DNA from: a virus
Direction: 5' to 3' (one strand)
DNA: 36,474 nt
IMG/VR virus record: IMGVR_UViG_3300029820_000012
Span: 1-36,474 of that record
The translations under genes and the position numbers were made by a program. Below, piece by piece: positions 1 through 7,906 of the stretch. Position 1 is the first letter of the stretch; each line of letters begins with the position of its first letter. The notes below the pieces were generated by a model. That model ran no database searches, had not been told where the DNA came from, and saw nothing but the letters and a program-made list of their open reading frames with translations.

Positions 1-975
1 TGCGCACATGCGCCGCCAGGCGCGCACGAGGTTGTCGCCGCGCATGTTCACGATGCGCTGGCCGCTCCAGTCGCGCACCTGCTCCGTAACCGAAGTCCCT
101 CCTTCGACGGTTATGCTCGGGCGCAGCTCGTCCATGATCTGGTGCAGGCGCTCGCGGCCTGCCAATAAAACCGGCACGGTGCGCACGGAATGGGCGTTTT
201 TCGTCTCCTTCACGCCGTCCTCGTCCGTGTACGCGCGGCAGACCTCGATGTACTCCGACACGGTCGGCTGGCCCGTGGCGAAGTCGTAGGTCGTGGTGAC
301 CTTGAGGTCACACGGGCGCACCGCCAGTGCCTCCTCCTTGCGCAGGCCGCTCAGGCCCAGGATGAGGTAGGCGTTCATGACCAGGTCCGCGCGGTCGTCG
401 CTTGCGGCGAGCCTGCGCAGCGCCTCGGCGGCCTCGGGGATGCTCCACGGCTCCACGGGCGCCTGCTTGGCCTTGGGCGCGATGACGCGCCGGCGGAACG
501 GCTCCACCGACACCCACCCGTCATCGAAGGCGCGGCGCATGACGGCGCGCAGCGTCGTCTTGGTCTTGGCCGGCGCGCCCGAGCGCTCGATGCAGCTTCG
601 CATCATGTCGTGCGTTATCTTCGAGATGTCCGTCGAGCCCAGGACGGGGGAGATGTAGTTGTCCATCTGCCCGTCGTACTCGCGCAGGCTCGCGCGGGAG
701 CGCGGCTTGCCGCGGTTGCTGGGGGAGTCGCGGAAAACTCCCCAGTAGTACATGTCGAGCGTCACGCCCGCGTGCGCCGCCTGGGACACGCCCAGCTCCT
801 GCGCGAGCTGGGCGATGGCGATGTCGGCCTCGGTCTCGGTGCCGTGGACCGTGCGCGACACGCGCCGCACGCGCCCGTCCGCGCGGAAGCCCGCCTGCAC
901 GCGGATCACCCACTTGCCGGGCGCGACCTCGCGCTTGGAGCCGAGTTTTGACCTTGAAGTATCGTTGGTTGCCAT
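1..975 (-). CDS. int: Tyrosine integrase, N-terminal part (gene wraps the contig junction; C-terminal part at 36112-36375)
   Basis: Minus-strand ATG at 975. N-terminus has the phage integrase arm-binding pattern (GKWVIRVQAGFRADGRVRRVSRTVHGTE). Frame runs off position 1 and matches the ORF at the right end residue for residue (VRDWSGQRIVNMRGDNLVRAWRRMCA). Confidence 0.85.
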   Translation of the reverse strand, partial: MATNDTSRSKLGSKREVAPGKWVIRVQAGFRADGRVRRVSRTVHGTETEADIAIAQLAQELGVSQAAHAGVTLDMYYWGVFRDSPSNRGKPRSRASLREYDGQMDNYISPVLGSTDISKITHDMMRSCIERSGAPAKTKTTLRAVMRRAFDDGWVSVEPFRRRVIAPKAKQAPVEPWSIPEAAEALRRLAASDDRADLVMNAYLILGLSGLRKEEALAVRPCDLKVTTTYDFATGQPTVSEYIEVCRAYTDEDGVKETKNAHSVRTVPVLLAGRERLHQIMDELRPSITVEGGTSVTEQVRDWSGQRIVNMRGDNLVRAWRRMCA

Positions 976-1013
976 ATAATGGTCCTGCCTTTCCCTTATT
1001 TGCCGGAGGGCAT

Positions 1014-1058
1014 GCCCCGTGCGGATCCGCCAAGATTGCCGCACGGGGCTTTTTGTTT
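1014..1058 (+). terminator. Perfect 11-bp inverted repeat (GCCCCGTGCGG ... CCGCACGGGGC) followed by TTTTTGTTT; intrinsic-terminator-like hairpin between hicB and int
   Basis: Read directly: arms at 1014-1024 and 1039-1049, T-tract 1050-1058. Confidence 0.6.
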
Positions 1059-1083
1059 AGATGCCGAGCCCGCCCTGCTGGGG

Positions 1084-1533
1084 CTACGCTTCCGCCGCAG
1101 CCTTGCATGGACGGCCCGCCCCGGGCTTGGCCGCGATGCGGTACTCGATGGAGTCGCGCGACACCATGCGGGTGTTGCCGACCCTCCAGCTGCTCAGGCT
1201 CCCGTCGCGGCAGAGCTGCGCCACGCGCGCGGTGCTCACGCCGAGCATCTCGGCGGCCTCGGCGGCGGTCACGGCCGGGATGTCGGACAGCTCGACGCTG
1301 GTCGCGACGGTGACGATCGTGCCGCCGTGGGACGGCGCATGGCCGAGCCCGCCGCCCTCGAACTCCGCCCCGCGCTCCAGCGCCGCCAGGGCGTGGACGC
1401 GCAGCCAGTCGACGGCCATCTCCACGGCCTCCTCGTAGGTATCGCCTTCGGTGGCCCCGGCGAGCCCGCACGGCTCCACGGCGTAGCCGCCCTCGGGGTC
1501 GGGGTAGACCTCGAACTCCTGCATGACGATCAT
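1084..1533 (-). CDS. hicB: HicB-family antitoxin fused to a C-terminal excisionase-type (HTH_17) DNA-binding domain
   Basis: N-term MIVMQEFEVYPDPEGGYAVEPCGLAGATEGDTYEEAVEMAVDWL is the HicB/UPF0150 fold pattern. C-term AAEAAEMLGVSTARVAQLCRDGSLSSWRVGNTRMVSRDSI matches the Xis/AlpA HTH. AAGGAG RBS before the ATG at 1533. Confidence 0.7.
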   Translation of the reverse strand: MIVMQEFEVYPDPEGGYAVEPCGLAGATEGDTYEEAVEMAVDWLRVHALAALERGAEFEGGGLGHAPSHGGTIVTVATSVELSDIPAVTAAEAAEMLGVSTARVAQLCRDGSLSSWRVGNTRMVSRDSIEYRIAAKPGAGRPCKAAAEA

Positions 1534-1570
1534 GGTGGTCTCCTTTCCTGCGGTGAAGGGGAGGGCGGGG

Positions 1571-1750
1571 CTAGAGCAGCCCCGCTTCCTTCCTGATTCC
1601 CCTCGCGGTCGTCTCCTTTATCTCCCGGTGCCTGGGCACTGTCACCGTCACGTCCCCGCGGCGGAACTTGTCGTGCTTGGCGCCGGTGCCGCTGAGCTTT
1701 ACGTAGCCCGCTTCGGTCAGCTCCCGCTCGAGGTCCCTCTTCTTAGTCAC
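1571..1750 (-). CDS. hicA: HicA-family mRNA-interferase toxin (GTG start)
   Basis: 59 aa VTKKRDLERELTEAGYVKLSGTGAKHDKFRRGDVTVTVPRHREIKETTARGIRKEAGLL matches the HicA/YcfA pattern. AAAGGAG SD 7 nt upstream of the GTG. Lies immediately upstream of hicB, the canonical hicAB order. Confidence 0.7.
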   Translation of the reverse strand: MTKKRDLERELTEAGYVKLSGTGAKHDKFRRGDVTVTVPRHREIKETTARGIRKEAGLL

Positions 1751-1755
1751 CGCCT

Positions 1756-1950
1756 AACTCCTTTCGACAATTAAATATTAGCACAGCTAAGTAATAAAGT
1801 ATATAAAAGATTAGCGCGATTAAGGATTATATTTAATCAGCGGCGGGGTTTTCTGAGCCTGCGCCGTTGGAGGTTTTTTCGGAAAATCCTAAAAACCCTG
1901 CCGCGCCGCGGGTCATAATCGTTATGAACACCACTTACGCTCCTGGAGGT
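1756..1950. promoter_or_regulatory. AT-rich intergenic region (likely divergent promoters for hicAB and ORF 1955)
   Basis: About 70% AT island in a 66% GC genome, between divergently oriented genes. Confidence 0.4.
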
Positions 1951-1954
1951 ACCC

Positions 1955-2245
1955 ATGGCTCGCTGCAGCGTCGGCGCATATACGTACGAGGACGATTCCT
2001 GCGACACGATGATCTACGACGGGCTCACGGGCATTCCGCTGAGCCTTGGGTACGAGCTCGTTTCGCAGGAGCGCGGGGACACCGTGAGGGTCGTCGCCCT
2101 GGGCGTGAAGGACGACGCTGCGGGCCCCGTCCCGTTTGCGACGCTCAGGCCGTGCGCGTACTCCCTGGCATCCGAATACGACGTGCGCGCCGTGAGGTGC
2201 CTGCAGACCGGTCAATGGGTCCTCATCGGGTACATGGGCGTCTAG
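1955..2245 (+). CDS. Hypothetical protein (96 aa), plus-strand gene inside the lysogeny module
   Basis: CTGGAGG SD 5 nt before the ATG. GC3-rich frame. Followed by a terminator hairpin. Confidence 0.55.
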   Translation: MARCSVGAYTYEDDSCDTMIYDGLTGIPLSLGYELVSQERGDTVRVVALGVKDDAAGPVPFATLRPCAYSLASEYDVRAVRCLQTGQWVLIGYMGV

Positions 2246-2350
2246 AGTAAGCCTGCGACCTTCCAGCCGACAGCTAGAATGGTTCATAAAAGGTCCCCTC
2301 CCATCGATACGTGCCCCTGGGCTCTTCGCTTGGCGATAGTTGGGAAGGTC

Positions 2351-2386
2351 GGATAGGGCGTGCCTTCGGGTGCGCCCTATCCTTTT
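2351..2386 (+). terminator. 10-bp perfect stem (GGATAGGGCG/CGCCCTATCC) with TTTT tail; terminator between convergent genes
   Basis: Read directly at 2351-2382, T-tract 2383-2386. Confidence 0.6.
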
Positions 2387-2395
2387 AACTATCGC

Positions 2396-2953
2396 CTACG
2401 CCCCGAGGAGCGCCGCGAGCGTGCCGATCGCCTTGGCCACCTTGGGGACGAGCCCTGCGGCCTTGGATGCGAGGTCGAGTGCGTCCTTTGCCTTCTCGGC
2501 GAAGCCTCCCTCGTCCTTCTCCTCGGCGGCGAACCGCAGGTCGGCGAGGGCGAGCTTCACGGCGGCGAGGTCCTCGGGTGACAGGCCCTGGCTGCTCGAT
2601 ATCTGCTTGATCGTCTGGTTGAAGTCGACCGTGACGGTCGCCTCGACGGTGGCGGTCGCCCTCGCCTCTATCTGGTCGGCGGTCGCCTTGGCCATCATGT
2701 ACTCGTACTCCATGCGGTCCCTGTGCGCGAGCAGCAGGTCGCGGATCGTCTCGATGGACGTGATATCGACCATGCCGGGGCTGACGTTTGCCATCACCCG
2801 GGTCCCGGTCTCGCGCTCGATGATATCTCCGAAAGCTGTCACGTACTTAGCCACCACCTTCTGCCTGAGACCGGGCGGGTCGCTCTCGATGACCTCGTCG
2901 CACAGGTTCACCAGGCGGTCGATTGAATCGTACATTCCCATGTTATCTGCCAA
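2396..2953 (-). CDS. Hypothetical protein (about 180 aa; true start probably the internal ATG near 2941)
   Basis: Long GC3-biased minus-strand frame. No recognisable motif. Track start at 2953 is a TTG. Confidence 0.5.
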   Translation of the reverse strand: MADNMGMYDSIDRLVNLCDEVIESDPPGLRQKVVAKYVTAFGDIIERETGTRVMANVSPGMVDITSIETIRDLLLAHRDRMEYEYMMAKATADQIEARATATVEATVTVDFNQTIKQISSSQGLSPEDLAAVKLALADLRFAAEEKDEGGFAEKAKDALDLASKAAGLVPKVAKAIGTLAALLGA

Positions 2954-2978
2954 TCTCTCAGGTGGTTCCGTTGAATGC

Positions 2979-3368
2979 CTACGCGGACCTTACTTGATCC
3001 TCTTCCAGCCCTTCGCCTTCAGGCGCTGTAGCCTGAGCTTGGGACAGCTCGGCCTGGTCGCGTGCCGTCTCCAGGATCTTCGAGCGCCTCTTCTCGGTGC
3101 TCTGCCGGTAGCAATAGAGCAGCTCGCCCTCCTCGGGGTCGAGCTCATCGACGGCACCATCGTTGAGGCCGGGCGGCCATCCGCATAGGTCGTTAGGCGT
3201 GCATCCGAGTACCTGAGCGCATCTGAAAGCATCCTCAAGGAGGATCGGCGTTTCGCCACGCTCCCAAGAGCCATATATGCGAGCGGTCGTGCCAACAAGT
3301 TCCGGCATCTGATTTTGCTTCAGACCCTTGGCTTCTCTAAGGGCCCTCAATCGAAGAGAAAAGTTCAT
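2979..3368 (-). CDS. XRE-family HTH transcriptional repressor (cI-like; no peptidase domain)
   Basis: LRLRALREAKGLKQNQMPELVGTTARIYGSWERGETPILLEDAFRCAQVLGCTPNDL is a canonical HTH_XRE. AAGGAGG SD before the ATG at 3368. Divergent from a cro-like gene. Confidence 0.8.
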   Translation of the reverse strand: MNFSLRLRALREAKGLKQNQMPELVGTTARIYGSWERGETPILLEDAFRCAQVLGCTPNDLCGWPPGLNDGAVDELDPEEGELLYCYRQSTEKRRSKILETARDQAELSQAQATAPEGEGLEEDQVRSA

Positions 3369-3513
3369 ATTTCGTACCTCCTTAGACAGGAGTGTACCAA
3401 TTAGTTAGATAAACGTGTATGAAATCCGTATTTAATTGTTGACAAGTATGAGATACGTAGTAATCTAATTATCGAGATACGAAATCCGCACTTTTCAGAT
3501 TAAGGAGGTACAC
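3369..3513. promoter_or_regulatory. Genetic-switch intergenic region: sigma70-like promoter TTGACA-16-TAATCT (3439-3466) facing cro, plus direct repeats GAGATACG (x2) and GAAATCCG (x2) as candidate operators
   Basis: Read directly. AT-rich. Lies between divergent XRE regulators. Confidence 0.55.
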
Positions 3514-3744
3514 ATGACGGACGTTAAAGAGTCTTTTGCACATAACTTGCGCATCTTCATGGCCCATGCCGACATCAAGACCGCTGAGGAGCTCTCCGCG
3601 GCTTCGGGCGTGTCGGTCTACAGCATCCGCAACTATCTGGCCAAGGCTTCGACACCATCGCTCGAGAGCCTCGCGGCGTTGGGGTTGGCCCTCGGCTGCA
3701 CGCCCAACGACCTGATGGGCTGGAACACGGACGAGGCCGCGTAG
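3514..3744 (+). CDS. XRE-family HTH regulator (cro-like)
   Basis: 76 aa. HTH plus C-terminal ...LGCTPNDLMGW nearly identical to the C-terminal helix of the divergent repressor. TAAGGAGG SD. Confidence 0.75.
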   Translation: MTDVKESFAHNLRIFMAHADIKTAEELSAASGVSVYSIRNYLAKASTPSLESLAALGLALGCTPNDLMGWNTDEAA

Positions 3745-4194
3745 GGATGGGGGAAGAGATGGAAAGTCTCGAAAAGGATGCGGGGCCCCGGCGGATCCGG
3801 TCTCGGGGGCGGTTCGGTGCGCAACCCTCGCCGCCTCCCTAGCCCGGGTCGTTATCCGCCATCCTGCACGGTTATCAGACCAGATCCCGCCCGGATTTCC
3901 CCGTGCCTGCCCTATACCCCTTTAATAACTGCCAATCGGGAGAGGGACTGGAGAGCTTCGGCGGGACTTTCGGTAGCCCGCGGTCTGGCTGCCTCGCCGC
4001 GCGTCGTTGCGCCGACGCCTTCGGCTCGGGCTTTTCCGGCTTCCGTATGCCGGGCGGGGCCCTACTTTACGGCGGCCCGCGTCCTCAAAACTGCCTTCAA
4101 GGAGATGGCTCCCTTCCGTCGGTTGACAGGACGCTTGGATTGTACCGCCGTGAGCAGCGGATTGAAAGCGACTACATGAAAGAGGTTACTGGCT

Positions 4195-4395
4195 ATGGCG
4201 ACACGAAACGCGATTGCGCGGCTGCGCAGGGAGGCCGGTCTTTCCCAGTACCGGCTCGCCGTCATGGTCGGCGTGACCGAGAAGACGGTCTGGAACTGGG
4301 AGCGCCGGGGGATAGCCGACGCGAAGTACGGGGCGGCCAAGAGGCTCGCGAGGGCGCTCGGCGTGCCCATGGAGGAATTGGAGGAAGAGGAATGA
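4195..4395 (+). CDS. Small XRE-family HTH protein (66 aa)
   Basis: IARLRREAGLSQYRLAVMVGVTEKTVWNWERRG is an HTH_XRE. AAGAGG SD. Confidence 0.7.
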   Translation: MATRNAIARLRREAGLSQYRLAVMVGVTEKTVWNWERRGIADAKYGAAKRLARALGVPMEELEEEE

Positions 4396-4667
4396 CAGGC
4401 AAGAGCTACGAGCTGCCCCACGTCGTCACGACGCTGGGCGGCATGGTGACATGGGTCGACGAGGACTCCGAGTGGCACACGGAGGTGTTCGCCTTCCTGG
4501 TGGACGCGCGCGACGCGTTCTACAGGCACGTTCAGGCCGGCGACACCGCCTCCCTGGCGCGCCTGGTGAGGCTCGACCGCAGGCAGGCGCTCGACCTGGC
4601 GTCCTGCGACGTCTACGAGATCGACCCGGAGCCGGGCGAGTGGCCGTTCGGCGGCGGTCGCGAATGA
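4392..4667 (+). CDS. Hypothetical protein (91 aa)
   Basis: ATGA start/stop overlap with the upstream gene. GGAGGAAGAGG SD. GC3-rich. Confidence 0.55.
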   Translation: MTGKSYELPHVVTTLGGMVTWVDEDSEWHTEVFAFLVDARDAFYRHVQAGDTASLARLVRLDRRQALDLASCDVYEIDPEPGEWPFGGGRE

Positions 4668-4816
4668 CCCGGGCGCTGCTGGCCTCGGCCGTCGTGATGG
4701 ACGCCGCCGGCTGGATGTGCGCCGTGCAGGGGGCCTACGGCCTCGCGCGGGTGTGCTTCTCGGCCGCGATTCCGTTCATCGTTGCGTGGGTGGTCGGGTC
4801 GCTATGGGTGAGCTAG
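4664..4816 (+). CDS. Small hydrophobic protein (50 aa)
   Basis: ATGA overlap. Two hydrophobic segments. Low certainty. Confidence 0.35.
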   Translation: MTRALLASAVVMDAAGWMCAVQGAYGLARVCFSAAIPFIVAWVVGSLWVS

Positions 4817-5283
4817 CCGAGCCACTCGGGGCGGTGCTCGATAATCGCCCGGATCACCGCGGGCTGGACGGAGAAATCGGTCGCGGAGAGTATCGAGCCG
4901 ACTGGCGGCATCCCGAAGATACCGAGCTCGCACAGCGCGAGGGCGTCGGAATCGAGCGGGGAGAGGCTGACGGAGCCCTCGTCGAGCGCGCGGGACACCA
5001 GTTCCTTCCGCCTCCTCGACATGCCGAGGAATACGGCGGAGAGCCGTTCGTCCATCCTCCGGCGCTTTGCCCGGGCGCCCCTCACGGTGACGATGCGCGC
5101 GGTCGCGTACCCGAGCATCGCGGCGGCGCCGGTCAGGAGGAGGCACGAGGCCGGGTGCTCGGCGATCATCTGGCGGGCGTCCTCGGCCATCGCGGCGACC
5201 GAGCCGAACCCGACCGCGCCCGCGATGGTGACCAGCAGGTCGATGTTCTCCTTTGCCGCCCTGAGCGCTCTGTTCATCTTCAA
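4813..5283 (-). CDS. Hypothetical protein (156 aa)
   Basis: Strong GC3 bias in the minus-strand frame. Central hydrophobic stretch. Confidence 0.6.
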   Translation of the reverse strand: MKMNRALRAAKENIDLLVTIAGAVGFGSVAAMAEDARQMIAEHPASCLLLTGAAAMLGYATARIVTVRGARAKRRRMDERLSAVFLGMSRRRKELVSRALDEGSVSLSPLDSDALALCELGIFGMPPVGSILSATDFSVQPAVIRAIIEHRPEWLG

Positions 5284-5304
5284 TTCCCTTCCAAGGAGGT
5301 TTCC

Positions 5305-5373
5305 ATGGGTTTCATTCTCGCACTTTCCTTCGCGTTCCTGTTCGGGGTCGGGCTCGGCCTCATGCGCCGCTGA
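5305..5373 (+). CDS. 22-aa hydrophobic micro-ORF (MGFILALSFAFLFGVGLGLMRR)
   Basis: Perfect AAGGAGG SD 7 nt upstream of the ATG. Immediately followed by a 17-bp perfect inverted repeat. Confidence 0.4.
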   Translation: MGFILALSFAFLFGVGLGLMRR

Positions 5374-5385
5374 CGGCGGGCCCGC

Positions 5386-5445
5386 CCCCGTCGCGCCACG
5401 GGTTCCGTACCGCCCCCATTCCGCGGGGCCCGTGGCGCGACGGGG
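5386..5445. promoter_or_regulatory. 17-bp perfect inverted repeat (CCCCGTCGCGCCACGGG ... CCCGTGGCGCGACGGGG) with 26-nt spacer
   Basis: Read directly. Arms at 5386-5402 and 5429-5445. Confidence 0.6.
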
Positions 5446-5596
5446 CCGGACTCCCTACATCCGGCCCGCAAGGTGTCCGCCGCCGACTTGGCGGGGCGGC
5501 GGCACCGCTCCCTTTGGCGGGGGAGCGCCCTCCGGCTGCATCTATCGGTGCGGCCCTCCGGCAAGGGATTGGCTCAACGAATGAAAGGAGAAGGCC

Positions 5597-5827
5597 ATGT
5601 GGATGTCGATAGCCAAGGGCGCGCGTTACGCCTGCTGCGACAACGTCACGTTCCGTGCGATGGTCATGCAGGGGATCATCCCGCGCTACCCGTCGCTCAA
5701 CCCGAACAGCTCGCGCGAGGTGGTGAGCAGCGAGGACATCGACGCCGCCATCAGGGCGCGCGGGGCGGTGCCAGCGCTGCCGTCGCCCGACTGCGTGCCG
5801 GCGCGCCGACCGAGGCGGGTGGCGTGA
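5597..5827 (+). CDS. AlpA/excisionase-like (HTH_17) small DNA-binding protein
   Basis: SIAKGARYACCDNVTFRAMVMQGIIP follows the HTH_17 pattern. AAAGGAGAAGG SD. Confidence 0.5.
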   Translation: MWMSIAKGARYACCDNVTFRAMVMQGIIPRYPSLNPNSSREVVSSEDIDAAIRARGAVPALPSPDCVPARRPRRVA

Positions 5828-5985
5828 TGGGGGATCTGGTCTGGGAGGCGGGCTGCAGGCTCGGCGAGCGGTGGGACTCGCTTCCCGAGAGCGTGCGCAG
5901 CGTCGTGTGCGCCGTGGCGATGCTCGCGCTTCTGGCCATAGCCGGCGCCGTCGAGGGAACCGCGCCGAGCGGGATGTACTACTAG
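5827..5985 (+). CDS. Small membrane protein (52 aa)
   Basis: ATGA overlap. C-terminal TM helix VVCAVAMLALLAIAGAV. Confidence 0.35.
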   Translation: MGDLVWEAGCRLGERWDSLPESVRSVVCAVAMLALLAIAGAVEGTAPSGMYY

Positions 5986-6047
5986 CTCCCATTTACCTTG
6001 ACAGCTGCATAGCGATCGGGGCGGCGGCCCGGGGAAGGGAGCCGCCC

Positions 6048-6153
6048 TATGGAAAGAAGAAAGCCGCCCACCTGGGCGATCATCCTGTTCGTCATCTCCT
6101 ACAGCGTGTTCTTCGCCATCGGCTTCGCTATAGCCCAAGCCACGAGCGGATGA
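6048..6153 (+). CDS. 35-aa membrane micro-ORF (MERRKPPTWAIILFVISYSVFFAIGFAIAQATSG)
   Basis: GAAGGGAG SD. One clear TM helix. Too short for the ORF track. Confidence 0.35.
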
Positions 6154-6586
6154 TGGCGATCAGGCCGTGGCCGTAGGTCCCGCCGAAAAAGCCCGCGACG
6201 GCTCCCGAGACCACGCTGAAGAGCGCCACGAGGTAGTCGTGCCTGCGCCCGCCACGGACGTTCTCGCGCTCGATGCGCGCCGCCTCGTCGCGGTCGCGGA
6301 ACCAGCAGCGCCCCTCCGAGGTCAGCTCGCCGAATTCCGCCCGCGGGCCGGGCACCGGCTGCGGCGCGATCAGGCCCTTTTCCGCAAGCGCCTCGTAGAC
6401 GGCGCGCTCCCTGCCGTATCCCGGCGAGTACCTGCATTCCTCGTTTCCGTGCGCGTCGGTGGCCGCCGCCTCGGACAGCTCGCCGTAGAGCCTGCGGGCT
6501 ATGTGCTCGTCCACCGACCCGCCGTTCTCCTCAATCTCGAGGAGCCTCCTGAGATAGGACTGCTCCTCGCTCGTCAATTCGACCAT
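6128..6586 (-). CDS. Hypothetical protein with C-terminal TM anchor (152 aa)
   Basis: GC3-biased minus frame. GGAGG SD. C-terminal hydrophobic helix. Confidence 0.55.
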   Translation of the reverse strand: MVELTSEEQSYLRRLLEIEENGGSVDEHIARRLYGELSEAAATDAHGNEECRYSPGYGRERAVYEALAEKGLIAPQPVPGPRAEFGELTSEGRCWFRDRDEAARIERENVRGGRRHDYLVALFSVVSGAVAGFFGGTYGHGLIAIIRSWLGL

Positions 6587-6621
6587 CCGGACCTCCGCCC
6601 CGATCGCTATGGCAGTTCATG

Positions 6622-6638
6622 CGAGGCCTTGGGCCTCG
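6622..6638. promoter_or_regulatory. Palindrome CGAGGCC-TTG-GGCCTCG in the divergent promoter region upstream of the ParB-like gene
   Basis: Read directly. 7-bp arms, 3-nt spacer. Confidence 0.4.
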
Positions 6639-6652
6639 AGACAGGAGGATAC

Positions 6653-7906
6653 ATGCAATTCGAGAAGAAGTCTGTGCGCCTGGGCGATATCCGCCCGAGC
6701 GGGCAGAACCCGCGCGAGGACTTCGGCGACATCGGCGCCCTGGCCCGCAGCATCGAGGCGACCGGCGGCGAGCCGCTGAACCCGCCCGTGGTCGTGGCGG
6801 ACGGCAACGTGTTCCGCATCGCGGACGGCGAGCGCCGCTACCGCGCACTGTCCTCGATTTACGGGGAGGACCGCGAGGTCTCCGCGCTGGTGGCGGAGAG
6901 CATGGACGAGGCCGACGAGCTCGTGGCCATGCTCGCCACCGACGACAAGCGCCAGCTGACCGAGGCCGAGCGCGCACGCGGCGTGCAGCAGATGCTCGTG
7001 CTTGGCGTCGACGAGCAGCGCATCGAGCGCGCCAGCCGAGCCACCGCCGGGCAGATCCGCGCGGCGCGCAGGCTTCGCGGGAGTATCGAGGGCCGCCAGG
7101 TGACGCTGGAGCAGCTCGAGGCCGCGAGCGCCTTCGACGACGAGAGGGACGTCGAGGCGGTCCTCGCCGCAGGTGACGGCTGGGCGGGCAAGGCCGACCA
7201 GATCCGCCGCCGCAACGAGCGCGAGGAGGCCAAGGCCGAGGACTACGACGCCTTCGGAGATGCGGGGATTCCCGTGGTGAAGGAGCAGCCGGAGGGTTTC
7301 AACTACACGGACTGGGCCAACGTCGGCCTCGCCGCCCAGAAACTCGAGGGGAAGGAGTTCGCCGCCGGCACCGTTGCCGTGTGGAAGGGCAGCTACTGGG
7401 ACCTCTACGAGCCGGATGACGGCTCGGGCGCCGGGCCCGAGAAGACCGAGGAGGAGATTCGGGCCGAGCAGGAGGCCGAGCGCGAGAAGGCGGCGCTCGA
7501 GGAACTGTACAGGAGCCTGATCGGCTTCGTGGCGTCCGGCGCTTTCGCCATGTCCAAGGACCTCATGGTGGAGGTGCGCGTGGGCCGCGAGGACCCGCCC
7601 GCGCTGCTCATGGCGATGGGCGGCGACAGCCACCCCGAGAACGAGGGGCGTTTCGGGCTCGTGCGAGACGAGTTCGCCCGCAACCTCAAGGCGTGCAGGC
7701 CCAGCGAGTACGAGGCCGGCTGCTGGCTCATGGCGGCGGCCAAGGACATGGCCCAGCTCAACAACCGCTGGGGCGGCGACGACGCGGAGGCGTGGCTCGA
7801 CCACTATGACATCTTCCTCTCCGCGGGCTTCGAGCCCGGCGAGGAGGACGTGTGGCTCATGGAGAGGGTGCAGGCGAGCGCCAAGGAGGAGGAGAAGGAT
7901 GAGTAG
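6653..7906 (+). CDS. ParB-like nuclease-domain protein (ParB/Srx N-terminal fold)
   Basis: N-term LGDIRPSGQNPREDFGDIGALARSIEATGGEPLNPPVVVADGNVFRIADGERRYRAL contains the ParB GERRxRA box. CAGGAGG SD. Acidic C-terminal tail. Confidence 0.7.
   Translation: MQFEKKSVRLGDIRPSGQNPREDFGDIGALARSIEATGGEPLNPPVVVADGNVFRIADGERRYRALSSIYGEDREVSALVAESMDEADELVAMLATDDKRQLTEAERARGVQQMLVLGVDEQRIERASRATAGQIRAARRLRGSIEGRQVTLEQLEAASAFDDERDVEAVLAAGDGWAGKADQIRRRNEREEAKAEDYDAFGDAGIPVVKEQPEGFNYTDWANVGLAAQKLEGKEFAAGTVAVWKGSYWDLYEPDDGSGAGPEKTEEEIRAEQEAEREKAALEELYRSLIGFVASGAFAMSKDLMVEVRVGREDPPALLMAMGGDSHPENEGRFGLVRDEFARNLKACRPSEYEAGCWLMAAAKDMAQLNNRWGGDDAEAWLDHYDIFLSAGFEPGEEDVWLMERVQASAKEEEKDE

Noticed and set aside
190-951. 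253-aa plus-strand ORF, and 521-1471 minus, overlapping the integrase
   Set aside because: Arg/Gly/Ala/Pro-rich translation, antisense or alternate frame to a well-supported integrase gene. Typical stop-poor spurious frame in high-GC DNA.
3903-4667. 254-aa ORF spanning the 450-bp non-coding region and two small genes
   Set aside because: Only the last 91 codons (4392-4667) have coding-like composition and an SD. The upstream part overlaps the confidently assigned HTH gene 4195-4395 in another frame.
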